Source: a virus
Reading direction: 5' to 3' (one strand)
IMG/VR virus record: IMGVR_UViG_3300037483_000594
Location: 32,001 to 96,000 of that record
Length of the DNA stretch: 64,000 nt
In this document: in pieces, positions 39,684-50,400 of the stretch
Layout: each line of letters opens with the position of its first letter
Numbering within the stretch: position 1 is the stretch's first letter
Notes under the pieces: model-generated
What the model was told of the DNA's origin: nothing
Seen by the model: only the letters and a program-made list of their open reading frames with translations
Databases searched by the model: none
Translations under genes and position numbers: made by a program

Positions 39684-40094
39684 ATGGACGAGCTGTACGA
39701 GATTTTCATGAGTTGGCAGTACACAGTGGTGGCTTTGAGTGTGTTTCTGATCTTTGCCTTTTTCAATGGGCTTGGCGGGTGGAAGGGGCTGGGCTACTAC
39801 GCGTGGAAGATCGAGAAGAAGTGGGTACGCAAGACGCTCACGGTGTTGGAAGCGGTGAAAACACTGTTTCTCCCGCTGTGGGGGTTTGCTCTGGGGTGGA
39901 TACCCTCTATCCCACGGCCAGCGCAGCTCGCCGGGGAGGAAGTCTCCCAGCTTTCCGTGGCGCTGTTGTACGCAACTGCCGGGCTTGTCTCGATGGTGGT
40001 GGTACAGGTCGCGAAGCGCTCGCTCGAGGCACGCGGGGTAAACATCGACCTGGACATGGCGCCAAAAGAGCAGCGTAAGAAGTGCCATGAGTGA
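39684..40094 (+). CDS. membrane protein, holin candidate
   Basis: Three hydrophobic segments, basic C-terminus. Confidence 0.55.
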   Translation: MDELYEIFMSWQYTVVALSVFLIFAFFNGLGGWKGLGYYAWKIEKKWVRKTLTVLEAVKTLFLPLWGFALGWIPSIPRPAQLAGEEVSQLSVALLYATAGLVSMVVVQVAKRSLEARGVNIDLDMAPKEQRKKCHE

Positions 40095-40623
40095 CTACAC
40101 GCAAGCCTACCTGGGTGGGTTGTTGAAGATGGCGCGTGAGGACCTGGCCTACGATGCCATCCCTAACACGGGCTTCGAGCTCGCGGAAGGGATACAGCTC
40201 CGCCAGGTTCTTCCAAACAACACCAGGAAGCTGCGCAGGGCCCTCATGCAGTTGACAGACCCAGAGAAGTCCAGGTCACGCCCGGTGTTGGGGTACCGGA
40301 ACGTCGCGGTTCTTGAGCGTGAGCTGGCCCCCTACCTCGACTCTCTTGGGTTCAAGCCGACAAGGATAGCCACTCCCCTCCCTGGGGAGGCGCCGCTCGC
40401 CAAGACCTGGCGTTCGGGGAAGCTGCACCTGCACAAGCAGGGGCCAGTGTTCCTGGCGCATCAAGACGACGTGGACCCCAAGGCCGGGCGGCTTGGCTAT
40501 CTGTCGCTGGAGGGTCTGAAGCACGGGGTCACAGAGGGTGTCCCTTCACTCGCCAAGCGCATGTTCGAGAGGCGACCTCTTGTCCGGGAGGTGGAACTTG
40601 AGCCGGCTCCTACAGTGGTTTAA
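40087..40623 (+). CDS. hypothetical protein
   Basis: Overlapping start. Confidence 0.55.
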   Translation: MSDYTQAYLGGLLKMAREDLAYDAIPNTGFELAEGIQLRQVLPNNTRKLRRALMQLTDPEKSRSRPVLGYRNVAVLERELAPYLDSLGFKPTRIATPLPGEAPLAKTWRSGKLHLHKQGPVFLAHQDDVDPKAGRLGYLSLEGLKHGVTEGVPSLAKRMFERRPLVREVELEPAPTVV

Positions 40624-40906
40624 AAAGTACTGGAAGTGGATCTTTTTCCCGGTGGGGGCAGCCGTCGGCCTTGCTGCCTTGCTGGCGCGCCGCTCTCCGC
40701 CGCCTGTCAAAGACACGGACCAGGTGGTACGTGGCTACATCGAACGGCTACGCAGCGCAGACGAGACAAGGAACAAGCGGCTCGAGGAGCTGGCTGTCGA
40801 GAAAGAGAAGCAGCTTCAGGCGCTGGGTGTCGCCCAGCAGAAAGAGCTGGAGCAGCTTCAGGACGCTCCGATAGAGGATGTGGTGTCATGGTTCAACAGG
40901 TTGTAG
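40598..40906 (+). CDS. N-terminal TM + coiled-coil protein, spanin-like
   Basis: WKWIFFPVGAAVGLAALLA then helical charged region; GGAGG RBS before TTG. Confidence 0.55.
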   Translation: MSRLLQWFKKYWKWIFFPVGAAVGLAALLARRSPPPVKDTDQVVRGYIERLRSADETRNKRLEELAVEKEKQLQALGVAQQKELEQLQDAPIEDVVSWFNRL

Positions 40907-41412
40907 TGTTCCTTGTCCTCCTTTTTCCGGCGGCGGCCTTCGCGGAAGAGAGCTGTGGACCGCAGAACTACGACGCGGACACCACACCGAACTTCGAGTG
41001 CCCCAGCCCGGGGGAGGCCGATCTTGTCCCGAACCTGCGTCCTCCCCTGGCCATCGCTGTCCGGGAAGGGCAGACGGTAGTTTCTGCGTGGGAGGGGGCG
41101 CTTGTGCATCGAGACCAGCTCATCCTGGTCGGCCTCCGCCTACAAGCGTTGCGCAGGCTGCGGTGGTTAGACCGGTTCGTAGGGCGTGCGCGCCTGGAGG
41201 TGGAGGACACCTACCGTGCCGAGCTGCGGCAGGCCGATGCAGAGTTCTGTGACAGCCGTGTGCAGCACTACCAAGAGGTTGCCCTTGCGGCGGAGCAGAC
41301 CTCTTCGCGGGCCTCGGCGTGGTACCGTAGCTTCGGGTTCGGTCTTGCCGTCGGCTTCCTGGTCTCCGGGCTTCTCGTTGCCCTGGCCGTCTACCTGGGC
41401 CTGTCCTTATAG
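40888..41412 (+). CDS. secreted protein with C-terminal TM anchor, spanin-like
   Basis: Signal peptide ...AAAFA; C-terminal FGFGLAVGFLVSGLLVALAVYL. Confidence 0.55.
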   Translation: MVQQVVVFLVLLFPAAAFAEESCGPQNYDADTTPNFECPSPGEADLVPNLRPPLAIAVREGQTVVSAWEGALVHRDQLILVGLRLQALRRLRWLDRFVGRARLEVEDTYRAELRQADAEFCDSRVQHYQEVALAAEQTSSRASAWYRSFGFGLAVGFLVSGLLVALAVYLGLSL

Positions 41413-41438
41413 GGCTAAAAGAAGCTACCCGGGGTAGC
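41412..41438 (-). terminator. terminator of replication operon
   Basis: GCTACC-CCG-GGTAGC then TTCTTTTAGCCC on minus strand. Confidence 0.6.
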
Positions 41439-41449
41439 CTCTCCTGGTG

Positions 41450-42397
41450 TTATTCTGCGGTGGTGAGCTCGGGAATGTGCGGATGGTTGGCCGGTGACCC
41501 GCCTTGGGCGTCGAGGGCGTTTTTGTAGGCTTGCTCCACGTAGGCCAGAACGTCCGGGTATGACCCCCCATCCTGGATACGGTTGAGCCAGCTCTGCACG
41601 TGGGCGTTGACCAAGACACGAGTTGCCGTTGCTTGTGCCACGGCCTCCTCGCTCATGAAGGCCAGCTCGCCGAGGTTGTCGATGACACGGCTCTGCACCT
41701 TGGCGTTCTCGGCCACCCCGGTCACCACCGTGGTGAGCGCGGGGATGATCTCGCGTACCGAGCGCAGAAGCTCCTCGATCTTCGCGTTGGTGTTGAGCAT
41801 CATCACGATGAGCTGCTTGACCTCCGACTCTACACCCGACTGCTCGGGCACGGGGTCGGCTTTCTTCACGGGTTCGGGCTCGGGCGCCGGCGCTGCGGGC
41901 TCTGCCCTTTGCAGCCGTGGGCGTCGCCGCGTCCCGGCGGGCTCGGGCGCTGGGGCAGGAGCAGGTGCGGGCTCCTTTGTCACGTCCCACGGCTCCCCGA
42001 GTTCGGTGGGTGCCTCCCCTGGCTCGGGCTGCTTTGCTCCAAACTTTTTGTGTACCTTCTGTTCCACGTTTTCTCCTTTTTTGTAAACGACGAACGTCTG
42101 CTCGTCGAGCCTCGCACCGTTTCTTACCGCGTGAATAGCAAGCTGCGCAAGTAGGCGCCCTTCTGTCTCCGGGAAGCGGTCGAAAATCGTGTTGATGAAC
42201 TCGGCCGGGTACCCGTATGTTTTGCACTTCTCGCGGAGGATGTACACCGAGGTGTTCAGGATTCCCTGTTCCTCGCGGATGCGCATCCCCTTCTCGTCGG
42301 GTGTCTCCCCCTTCTCCGCAGGGGGCGCGGCCCACTCCTGTGGCTTATCGTCCAGGAAAGTGGCCTGTACCTCTGGGTCAGTGATCAGACTGTCCAT
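41450..42397 (-). CDS. hypothetical protein with Pro/Glu-rich linker
   Basis: 315-aa ORF; PAPAPAPEP linker. Confidence 0.65.
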   Translation of the reverse strand: MDSLITDPEVQATFLDDKPQEWAAPPAEKGETPDEKGMRIREEQGILNTSVYILREKCKTYGYPAEFINTIFDRFPETEGRLLAQLAIHAVRNGARLDEQTFVVYKKGENVEQKVHKKFGAKQPEPGEAPTELGEPWDVTKEPAPAPAPAPEPAGTRRRPRLQRAEPAAPAPEPEPVKKADPVPEQSGVESEVKQLIVMMLNTNAKIEELLRSVREIIPALTTVVTGVAENAKVQSRVIDNLGELAFMSEEAVAQATATRVLVNAHVQSWLNRIQDGGSYPDVLAYVEQAYKNALDAQGGSPANHPHIPELTTAE

Positions 42398-42746
42398 CGG
42401 TCTTCCGTAGCGCGTTTATGTTGGGGGCGTTCACTCGCGCGCAGTGCAGCGCCATGAGGTCGGGGTGCAGGTAACAGTTGGCTGGGCAAGACGGGGGGAT
42501 CTGCGACCTACGCGTGTAGCCCTCCAGCACCTTGTTCATCAGGTCGCGTGTGTCGTCTACTTTGTTTTTAATTTCTACGTGCTCTCCTTTGCAGGTGGCC
42601 TTGATCATGCCACGGAGCAGCGAAAGAGGGACACCACGGTGCGCCCGTACTCCGGCGCGGTTCAGCAGGCCAATGATCTCCGTGGCGTTCATCATGTCTA
42701 GCTCGGTGGCCGTGAGCACAACCGGCTCACGCTCGTCTAAAGGCAC
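42378..42746 (-). CDS. hypothetical protein
   Basis: C-terminal CPANCYLH...C; start uncertain. Confidence 0.5.
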   Translation of the reverse strand: MPLDEREPVVLTATELDMMNATEIIGLLNRAGVRAHRGVPLSLLRGMIKATCKGEHVEIKNKVDDTRDLMNKVLEGYTRRSQIPPSCPANCYLHPDLMALHCARVNAPNINALRKTDGQSDH

Positions 42747-43182
42747 CTGTTTCCATGTTCTGTGCATCTTCACCACTGTACAGCCAGCACTCGACGAAAT
42801 CGTCGCCCTGGCGCTTGGATGTTATCGTGGTCAGAAGTGTGCTGTCGTCGACGCCAACCGCACTTGTTAAAATGTCGGCGAGCAGCTTACCGCGATTATG
42901 GACATCTTGCTTTTTAAATCGTGGGTCTCCCTTCTTGGTTTCTACGACCTGGAAGTGGAAGTTCATGCGTAGTGAAGTAGGGGTGTTTGGGTCGAAGGTT
43001 TCGGCGAGGATTAATACGTGGGCTAGGGAGCCGAGCAGGCTGTTTTTGTACCTGGTTCCCTCGGCGGATAGCACGCGTCGGCGCCCTACGGTCACGTAGA
43101 GTTTGTTGTCCGAGGGCGGGAGAGGGGCGCGGACAAAGAGTGTTTTCCCATGGCCCTCTTTGGTGACCGCGGCGTGGGTCAT
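42727..43182 (-). CDS. rusA: RusA-family Holliday junction resolvase
   Basis: PLPPSDNKLY, DVHNRGKLLADIL, VDDS. Confidence 0.75.
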   Translation of the reverse strand: MTHAAVTKEGHGKTLFVRAPLPPSDNKLYVTVGRRRVLSAEGTRYKNSLLGSLAHVLILAETFDPNTPTSLRMNFHFQVVETKKGDPRFKKQDVHNRGKLLADILTSAVGVDDSTLLTTITSKRQGDDFVECWLYSGEDAQNMETGAFRRA

Positions 43183-43781
43183 CGCTTGGGGCTCCGTCTT
43201 ACCAGTGCGGCCTTTGTGGCCTGCATCGCTCTGTCTGCGCGTCGGACTGGGGTCAGCATGGGGCGGTGCGCGTTTTCAGAGCGCTTCAGGGGGTCGAGCT
43301 CCATCTTGTCCAACTCGATGACACGCGAGGCGCCTTTGTAGACATGGTCGAGCGCGCTGATGTGTGCGGAGACCTTCGCCAGTCGTTTTTTGTATTTGCG
43401 CACGGTGTCGCTGGCTTCCACCATCTCCGAAGTGCTGTTTATCCAGGCCGTTGTCTGTTTTGGGTAGCTTGCCTGGAGCGACGTGCGGATAGCGGTCGTG
43501 CGCTCTTGTGCGTCTTCGAGTTCCGCGGCCAAGGAGCCCTTCACTGTCTTCAGGTAGGCAACGATCACAGACACCTGCAGCAACGTCTCCCGGAGCTTGT
43601 CCCCGGTGAGGGTGTTGATATCCGGAAACGAAAAGCCTGTGATCACGCTTCCGGAAGGCGGCGCGGGGAGGTTCTCCGCTTCCCAGCGCACCTCCTCTAG
43701 CTCTTGACTGGCAAAGCGCTCGATGATCGTCTCCGTGACGAGGATGTGGGCGGCCTTGGGGGTAGAGCTGTTGTCTTCCAT
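43179..43781 (-). CDS. coiled-coil protein, possibly UvsY-like recombination mediator
   Basis: Helical; recombination cluster context. Confidence 0.45.
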   Translation of the reverse strand: MEDNSSTPKAAHILVTETIIERFASQELEEVRWEAENLPAPPSGSVITGFSFPDINTLTGDKLRETLLQVSVIVAYLKTVKGSLAAELEDAQERTTAIRTSLQASYPKQTTAWINSTSEMVEASDTVRKYKKRLAKVSAHISALDHVYKGASRVIELDKMELDPLKRSENAHRPMLTPVRRADRAMQATKAALVRRSPKR

Positions 43782-44575
43782 TGGTTCTCCGGCTTACAGA
43801 TTGAAAAGTAGGGGCACCAGCCGCAGCCTTTGTTGATTCGTTTTTCGACGGCGGTAAGGTCGCCTGTCCTGGCCTGGGCGAGCACGGAGAGGAGCCGCTG
43901 TTCGATAGGAGCCTACAGGAGTGCGTCGAACGAAAACACAAACGACTTGAACGTAGTCGCGTCTTTGTTGATGTACAGCAGCACGCCGACAGGGGCGTCG
44001 ACCACTTTCATGTAGGCGTGAAGCTGGCGCAGGTTGTCTTTCATTGGGCGGCGCAGCTTTTCAAAACTTGCCGCTTTGGTGGACTTGTAGTCTACGACGT
44101 ACCGGGTCTCCAGGTCTCCGAAACGACGGGTGACAAGCTCGTCGATGTGCCCGTCCATACGGAGCCTCCGGGCCTCAGGCAGGTCCTTTATCCGGAACTC
44201 GGGGGAGGCACTGTACCCGTGGTGCCTGGCGTGCGTGGCTGTGTAGAAGTGGAGTAGCAGGTGGAGCGCGGTGCCGTGGTCGAGGATGCGGAGGATAGAT
44301 GCCCCTTTTCGTTCCTCTCGTTTTTCGTTGTGGAGCATGAAGAAGTGGTAGGCGTTGCACGTGTTGTAGAGGGCGCTGGGGTGGAAGTACCCCCCGGTGG
44401 GGGGCTGGTTCCACGTGTGCTCTACACGCTCCTGGAGCCCGAGTTCGTGGACGGTTTTCGCCCACGTCTCCAGCTCTGCCGCCGGGTCCCAACGTGCGGA
44501 CAAGATGCCCGCAGCGTTGGGTAGCGAGACAAGATCAGCTATTTTCAGGAGTCGCACTGTCGAACGCTTCCTCAA
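43697..44575 (-). pseudogene. Cas4-like PD-(D/E)XK exonuclease interrupted by in-frame TAG at 43913-43915
   Basis: HPS..C, GTALH, GHID, DYKS, QLHAYM; C-terminal CGWCPYFSIC lies in the same frame past the TAG. Confidence 0.75.
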
Positions 44576-45245
44576 GCAGCGGCAGGTCGTCGGTGGTGTA
44601 CACGTACACCGAGCGCTCCAACCCGTTCACGAACTGCAGACCTCGCCCCGGCGGCTTTCCGTGTTTGTTGGTGTACGCGGTGGCCACCGCTTTGCCAAAG
44701 GCAGGCCCTCGCTTCCGCACCTCCTCCGAGGAGAGGCCCTTCTGGTGCAAGAAGTCAGAGACGTAGACAAGAGCGGCCTTAACGCCGTGGAGGCGGTCAG
44801 CGACCACGTGGTCCTTGTAGTCGGGGCCGACCAACCCAAGGTTCTCTGCCTCCTTGAGCACGCGTAGGTACCAGACAGCGCTGATCGCCTCCTTCTGCAC
44901 ACGTTCTGCGTGCGCGCGCATGGGGTCCGGAGGCGGGCTGGCCTTCACCGGTTCGGGTAGGGGTTGCACCTTTCCGGCGTCGATGAGCATCCGTGGCAGC
45001 AGCCTTACTACAGAAGCTTGGAGTGAGGAACTCCCCATCGTAAACGTGACGCCGAGGAGCCCGCACAAGCTCAGGAGCCGCACCCCTTCCGACTCTGCCA
45101 TCTTTCCGAAGAAGTGGGGTGGCAAGTGGGCTGCATCCTGCCACCTGTCTCCAAGCAATGTCTTCAGGTCTTCGACAGCGAAGTAGCACTCTCCCCTGAG
45201 CACGGTTGTGCGCAGCCGTTTGTTTCCTATCCGATATGCTTTCAT
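44535..45245 (-). CDS. BRO-N / antirepressor-like protein
   Basis: LRTTVLRGECYFAVEDL BRO-like N-terminus. Confidence 0.55.
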   Translation of the reverse strand: MKAYRIGNKRLRTTVLRGECYFAVEDLKTLLGDRWQDAAHLPPHFFGKMAESEGVRLLSLCGLLGVTFTMGSSSLQASVVRLLPRMLIDAGKVQPLPEPVKASPPPDPMRAHAERVQKEAISAVWYLRVLKEAENLGLVGPDYKDHVVADRLHGVKAALVYVSDFLHQKGLSSEEVRKRGPAFGKAVATAYTNKHGKPPGRGLQFVNGLERSVYVYTTDDLPLLEEAFDSATPENS

Positions 45246-45775
45246 TACTTTTTCCCTTCGATGAGTTCGAGGAAGTCGGACCAGAGCAGCACCACCACAT
45301 TGCTAAGTCCGGAGATGCCGACTCTTATAGCGGGTTTTCGCATGGTTTGTGCAGCCTGGGCCACGACCTTCTCGACAAGTGACTTGCGCACGGAGTAGCT
45401 CGCGGCGTCTGTGAACTTGTCTTCGATCAGCCAGGTGTCGTTTCGGGCGTCTCCCTTGACGATCCCAGCCCCGGACTGACTCACGCGTTGCCCTCCGATC
45501 TCGGTGGCCGCCTTTTTCTCCCTGGCGGTGGCTCGTTTCACCCTGTCTTTTTGTGGGAAGACAACGTGCAGTGGTTGTGTCACCGACACCGAGACCCCGG
45601 TGTTACCCTTGAGCTTCAGGCAGAACAGGCAAAAGTGCTGGGCGATGGAGCCGGGGTGGTTGTCCAGGGCGAGCTGTACACGCAGAACGCGGTCTATCTC
45701 TCCGCACAGGGGGCACCTGGTGAGCGGCATACTGACGACGGTGGCGGTTGCGGAGACTACAGGTAGTGCAGACAC
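45245..45775 (-). CDS. Hjc-like PD-(D/E)XK nuclease with N-terminal zinc ribbon
   Basis: CPLC...CLFC; GGQRVSQSGAG..KGD...LIEDKFT. Confidence 0.7.
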   Translation of the reverse strand: MSALPVVSATATVVSMPLTRCPLCGEIDRVLRVQLALDNHPGSIAQHFCLFCLKLKGNTGVSVSVTQPLHVVFPQKDRVKRATAREKKAATEIGGQRVSQSGAGIVKGDARNDTWLIEDKFTDAASYSVRKSLVEKVVAQAAQTMRKPAIRVGISGLSNVVVLLWSDFLELIEGKK

Positions 45776-47019
45776 GACACGCCTCGCTCGTGCAGAGCTG
45801 CCCGGTACGCGGTCCAGAAGAGGTCTTTGTCTTCACGAAGCACGGCGATCAGGTCGCAGTACTTTTCCCCGTAAGGCAGCCCCGCAGCAATGACCTCTCC
45901 GGAAGAGGTGGCTATGTCGATCTTCGCCCCAGATTTGACGAGCATCCCTTGCGAGTACAGGACTGTCGCTAGGTCTGTGGCATGGTCGAACCCGCTGTCG
46001 AAGAAGTAGGACAGCTCTCCACGCCCTCCTTCGTGGCACCCCGCCTTGCCCTTGGCGACCTCGAACCTGATCTTTTTTCCTATGATGGCTGTTTTTCCGC
46101 GTTTTATGGCCTCGCCCCCGACGAGCTGCAGCTCTATGAGCTTTCCGTGCCGGATGGCGTGGGCTCCCTTCGCTTCCCACTTGCGGGCGTAGGTGCCACC
46201 TGCGTCCTGCTTGCTGCGCACCTGTCCGATAGCAAGGATGGTTGTCAGGTTCAGCGGGCCGCACCCCTCAACAGGGGCAGCGAGTGCGTTCCACAGGCGT
46301 TGTTGAAACCGGGTTTGTAAGCGCGCAGAGGCCGCACGGCGCTCCTCTACACCCAAAGACTTGTCTGCTATGTCTGCGGGCACGATGGAGCCGAGGGAGT
46401 CCAGCACGATGAGCTGGCAAGCGTTGAGCGCGGTGAGGTCGACCACAGCGTCCAGCTTGCTCTCTGCGAGGTAGCTTTTCTTCTCGTCCTTTGTCCCGTG
46501 CTCGGTCGGGTCACCCTCGATGACCACGAACTCTCCGATCTGGCGTTGGTGGTCCAGAATCATTTCTTCGGTCATGGTGAGCCCGGAGCGGGAGAGCCGT
46601 TCACTCTCAAGGGCTATCTCGAGGTCGGAGCTGGGGCACACCGCGCCGTTGATACGTCCATGGGTCTTGTCGACTGGGAACTCGAACCACGCCCACCCTA
46701 TACTGGCCTCGTCTCCGTAGTTGTGCTGACAGGTGCGGATGCACGTCCACACCAGCGCGTTTTTCCCCTGCCCCTCTGGGCCGGAGATGATAACCAGCCC
46801 TCCGGCAGGGGGGCCTCCCCCCGTCTCTACGTCGACGGAGGCAAGGCCGAAGGGGCGGCGCAAGGCAAACGGGTTACTCGCTTTGTCAGCGAGCACGATC
46901 ACATCCCGCTTGGCTCCGTCTGCTCTTGCAGCCGCGTTTATGCCAGCGACAAGGTCAGCCAGCTTCGTTTTGCGCTTGAGGGTGGCGAGTGCGTCGTCCT
47001 GCACTACTTTTTTTCGCAC
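45757..47019 (-). CDS. recA: RecA/UvsX-family recombinase
   Basis: DVETGGGPPAGGLVIISGPEGQGKN, LIVLDSL, IGQVR, KGAHAIRH, KGK. Confidence 0.85.
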   Translation of the reverse strand: MRKKVVQDDALATLKRKTKLADLVAGINAAARADGAKRDVIVLADKASNPFALRRPFGLASVDVETGGGPPAGGLVIISGPEGQGKNALVWTCIRTCQHNYGDEASIGWAWFEFPVDKTHGRINGAVCPSSDLEIALESERLSRSGLTMTEEMILDHQRQIGEFVVIEGDPTEHGTKDEKKSYLAESKLDAVVDLTALNACQLIVLDSLGSIVPADIADKSLGVEERRAASARLQTRFQQRLWNALAAPVEGCGPLNLTTILAIGQVRSKQDAGGTYARKWEAKGAHAIRHGKLIELQLVGGEAIKRGKTAIIGKKIRFEVAKGKAGCHEGGRGELSYFFDSGFDHATDLATVLYSQGMLVKSGAKIDIATSSGEVIAAGLPYGEKYCDLIAVLREDKDLFWTAYRAALHERGVSCLHYL

Positions 47020-47447
47020 GGTTCATCCACATCCATCTTCTCGAAGGGGAGAGACCCGTGATCCGGGCACACCGGGGGGCTCCCGGGGCTGGGTTTGCCG
47101 CAGATAGGGCAGACCGCTCCCTCCGAGGCGAGCTTTTGCCCGGCGGGCTGCTCTTGTTGTTCGTAGCCGTACTTGTCCATTGTTTCTCCTTGAGCTGTGC
47201 AAGTATACCAGTTTTTTAACAGGTCGCGGTTGAAAGCTGTCTTGTTGTACGTTGCTCGGAAGAGCGCTTCTCCAGCGTGTAGCATGATGTTGTGGGTTTC
47301 GAGGAACCGTTGAATTTCGCGGGCTTCTTCGGCGTTGACGTGGACCGTGCCCAGTTCCTTGTCGCCGACTGAGAGTGTGAGCATGCTACCACCTTCTGAG
47401 GGTGTCAGCTTCATTGCAAACCGTGTCATCCCTTGGCCTCTCGCCAT
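47004..47447 (-). CDS. hypothetical protein with C-terminal zinc ribbon (possible internal start at 47180)
   Basis: CPICG...CPDHG; AAGGAG before internal ATG. Confidence 0.5.
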   Translation of the reverse strand: MARGQGMTRFAMKLTPSEGGSMLTLSVGDKELGTVHVNAEEAREIQRFLETHNIMLHAGEALFRATYNKTAFNRDLLKNWYTCTAQGETMDKYGYEQQEQPAGQKLASEGAVCPICGKPSPGSPPVCPDHGSLPFEKMDVDEPCEKK

Positions 47448-50400
47448 GTTTTGCCCCAGTGTGCCGGGGCGCGGAGTGGGACACTAAGGCGTAGCCCACA
47501 GTTTTCCATGTGCCACTGCACCCGGCCTGCGGCCTCTTCTTCCACGCCGCGCGGACAGCTCCCCAGGATCTCGTCGTGGATTTGCAGGAGCTGCTTGTAG
47601 CGCAGGGCGCGCAGGTGCTCGTCCCGCTGTATACCCAGCATGGCCAACATGCAGACATCTGCCGCAGTGTTTTTGCTGATGACGCCTTCGGAATCGAAGC
47701 GATGGCTTTCGTCGGAGACTGAGAGGGTGTAGGTCTCCGCGACCACTCCGAGTGCTACTGTCGCAACTACTTCTGCTGTGGCGTAGAGTTCGAGCTCCAC
47801 TTCGTATTTCTTGGCAAGTTTGTTTAGTGTGTAGACGCTGACATTGCCTCCGCGGCGCATTCGGCTAAGAAGCGTTTGGTCGCTGCCTCTCTCTAGCACT
47901 CGGCCGTCGACATCTGCGATGAACTTTTTTACTGCAAATGCCGGGGCGCGGTCCCTTACTATTTCACGATTGGAGTGTCCGTAGCTCAGTGCGGCTAGGT
48001 GAGCTCGGTTGAAATCCAGTCGCCAAGAGGTATGCTCGTGACGGTGGTAGGGTCCGTGCAATCTGGATTCGACTCCGACCGTGCGGCTGAGGATCTGAAC
48101 CTCTTCAAGTAGCGTTTTGTTGCACATGTGTAGATTGGGACGCGCGCAGGTTACACAGCCGTCTGCGTCAAGCAACCCCAGCAGGAATTGGGTGCGTCCG
48201 TTCAATGATGCCGACCAGACTGCAGTTGGAATGGACTTTTCGTGAGAGCTGGCCCCCCACGGGTAGCCCAGGTTCTTGAGGTGGTCTTTGAACTGCACCG
48301 ATTGTGTTGTTATGGCGATTTTATGTTTGTAAACACGCGGTTTTTGATGGGTCAGACCAAGTTGGCACAGGAAATCTATGTACTTTTGAGCTTGCTCCTC
48401 TTTTTTGTGTCGATGTTTCCTGTCTCCGAACGTTACGGAAACAGCGTTTTGTTGAGTTGCGCCGTGACGAGTGCAGCCATTTCCAAGAAGGAAGCCAAGC
48501 CAGTACGCGTCGGTGGGGGCTACGGTGCTGGTGTCGGGGAGATCGATGCCTTGTGCGAGGCTTAGACAAACACGAGTTCCGGGGCGCAATGTTGACCAGT
48601 GTTGAAAGACGTAACCGGTATCCGTTGCTACCAGCACCTCATGCCTGGTGTCGCAGTGGAGCACCTGTCCGGTGCTCAGTGAGATTGTTGCGAGTTCATG
48701 GGGGCCCCGGCTTAGCCGTCGGTACTCTGCCCAGCGATGCCCGGTCCAGGCCAGCCCACGTTCTGGGATCGTGCCTATAGGAAGCAACCCCTTACTGGTG
48801 AACACCCTGGTGCACGCTGGCAAGCAGCCTTGGATTTTTGTGTTCACAGCGCGGCGTTCCTCTTTCCGGCTTGCTGTGCAGCGGTCACACCAGCACAGCT
48901 CTCGTCCGCGCTTTGCTGCGGCGGCCGCGTGGTCAAGCATGGTCTCGTAGTCAAGGATGTCCGGGAGCATCCTCTGTCGGCCGAGCCGCGTTTCGACGAA
49001 ACGCTGTTCGTAGGCCTGGCGGATGGTGGTCTGGATGAACCTGTGTGCCCCGGGGAGCCCGGCGAAGAACAGGTCGATCTTCTCCTGTGCTTTTTGTCTA
49101 GCCCAGCGCTCGCACCGAGCTGCGTCCCACTCAGGATGCTGGGTGGCAGCCTCGATGTGATATTTCAGTTGGATACCCAACGAGCGGGCGGCCTTTCCGT
49201 AGACGATGCCGAAGCATACGGCCTTGATGTCTCCGCGGCGTTCCGTAAGGAGCTTCTCCCTGGCGTCCAACGGCTTTTTCTCCTCCTTTTTCTTTTTGGC
49301 AACGATGGACTCCTCGTAGGGGTCCCCGTAGATGGTCTCAACGTTGGCGCAGTGGATGTCTTTGTTCAGGATGATCGCGGAGAGGAGGTTCTTGTCCTGG
49401 GAGTAGTCCCCCAGGATGTACATCTCGAGTTGCTCGTAGTCGTCTACGATCAACGACTCGTCATCGTCGGCTATGAAAACTGAGCGCACGTCTACGAACT
49501 CGCTGGCTTCTTTTTGTGCGTTTTGGAGGTTCGGGTCCGACGAGCTCAGCCGTGAGGTCTCTACCTTGTGCTGGTTCAGATTTGTGTGGATTTTGCCCCG
49601 GTGCACGCGCTCAAGCATGCCGTCGACATAGGTGCCGAGCACCTTTTGTAGCTTTGCGTAGTCCGCGATCAAGGTGGCTGTCTCGCAGCCTTGCGCGGCG
49701 AGGGCTTTGTAGGCCTCCTTGTTCATCTTGAACTGACCAGTGGCTGTTTTGCCGATGTTGTCGTAGCCCGCCTCCGTGAAGAAGTAGGTGGCTAGCTGCT
49801 TGGGAGAGGAGAGGTTGATGGGGCGGCCCACTTGCTTTATCACCTCTTTTTCGACCGCCCTCTGCTTTTCCTCGATGAGCGGTCGCCTCGACTGCAGGTA
49901 CTGGACATCGGCGCGCACTCCCTCACGCTCCATCTCGTAGAGCGTTCGGGTCATGGGGACCTCGAAGTTGATGAAGACGTGCCACAGGCTGTAGCCGTGG
50001 CTGGTGTACCGTGCGCGCAGGTCGTGGCGTAGCCTGTAGAACACGCGGAGAGCCCCCCAGGCGTCCATAGAAGCGTAGTTGATGACAGCGCCGGGGTCCT
50101 CAACGAACTTGTCCTTGAGGATCTCGTACAGCGCCTTCTTGGGGGGCCTGCGCGCCTTGCCGTCAGGTCCGACGGGAAAGAACGTGTGTGCAAAGCTCTT
50201 CATGTACTCTCCGAAGAGCCGGGAGTACACGTCCTTCAACCCATGGAGCTGTCGAGGGTCCAGCAGGCGGTCCATGGTCAGTGTGCACAGCAGGTCTCCG
50301 GAGAGTGGGTGCCCGCTGTTGGCTAGGATGTGAGCGTCGTACTTGACCTGGGAGCCTATCCACGCCCTGTACTTGTCGGTGAACACCTCAGCAAAGTAAG

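Noticed and set aside
17425-39766. Long antisense ORFs (17425-18996, 23347-24888, 35066-36682, 38048-39766)
   Set aside because: Shadow ORFs opposite well-supported structural genes, expected in GC-rich DNA; no recognisable motifs.
43697-44575. CRISPR-Cas locus
   Set aside because: The Cas4-like gene is a solo phage exonuclease; no repeat-spacer array or other cas genes are seen.
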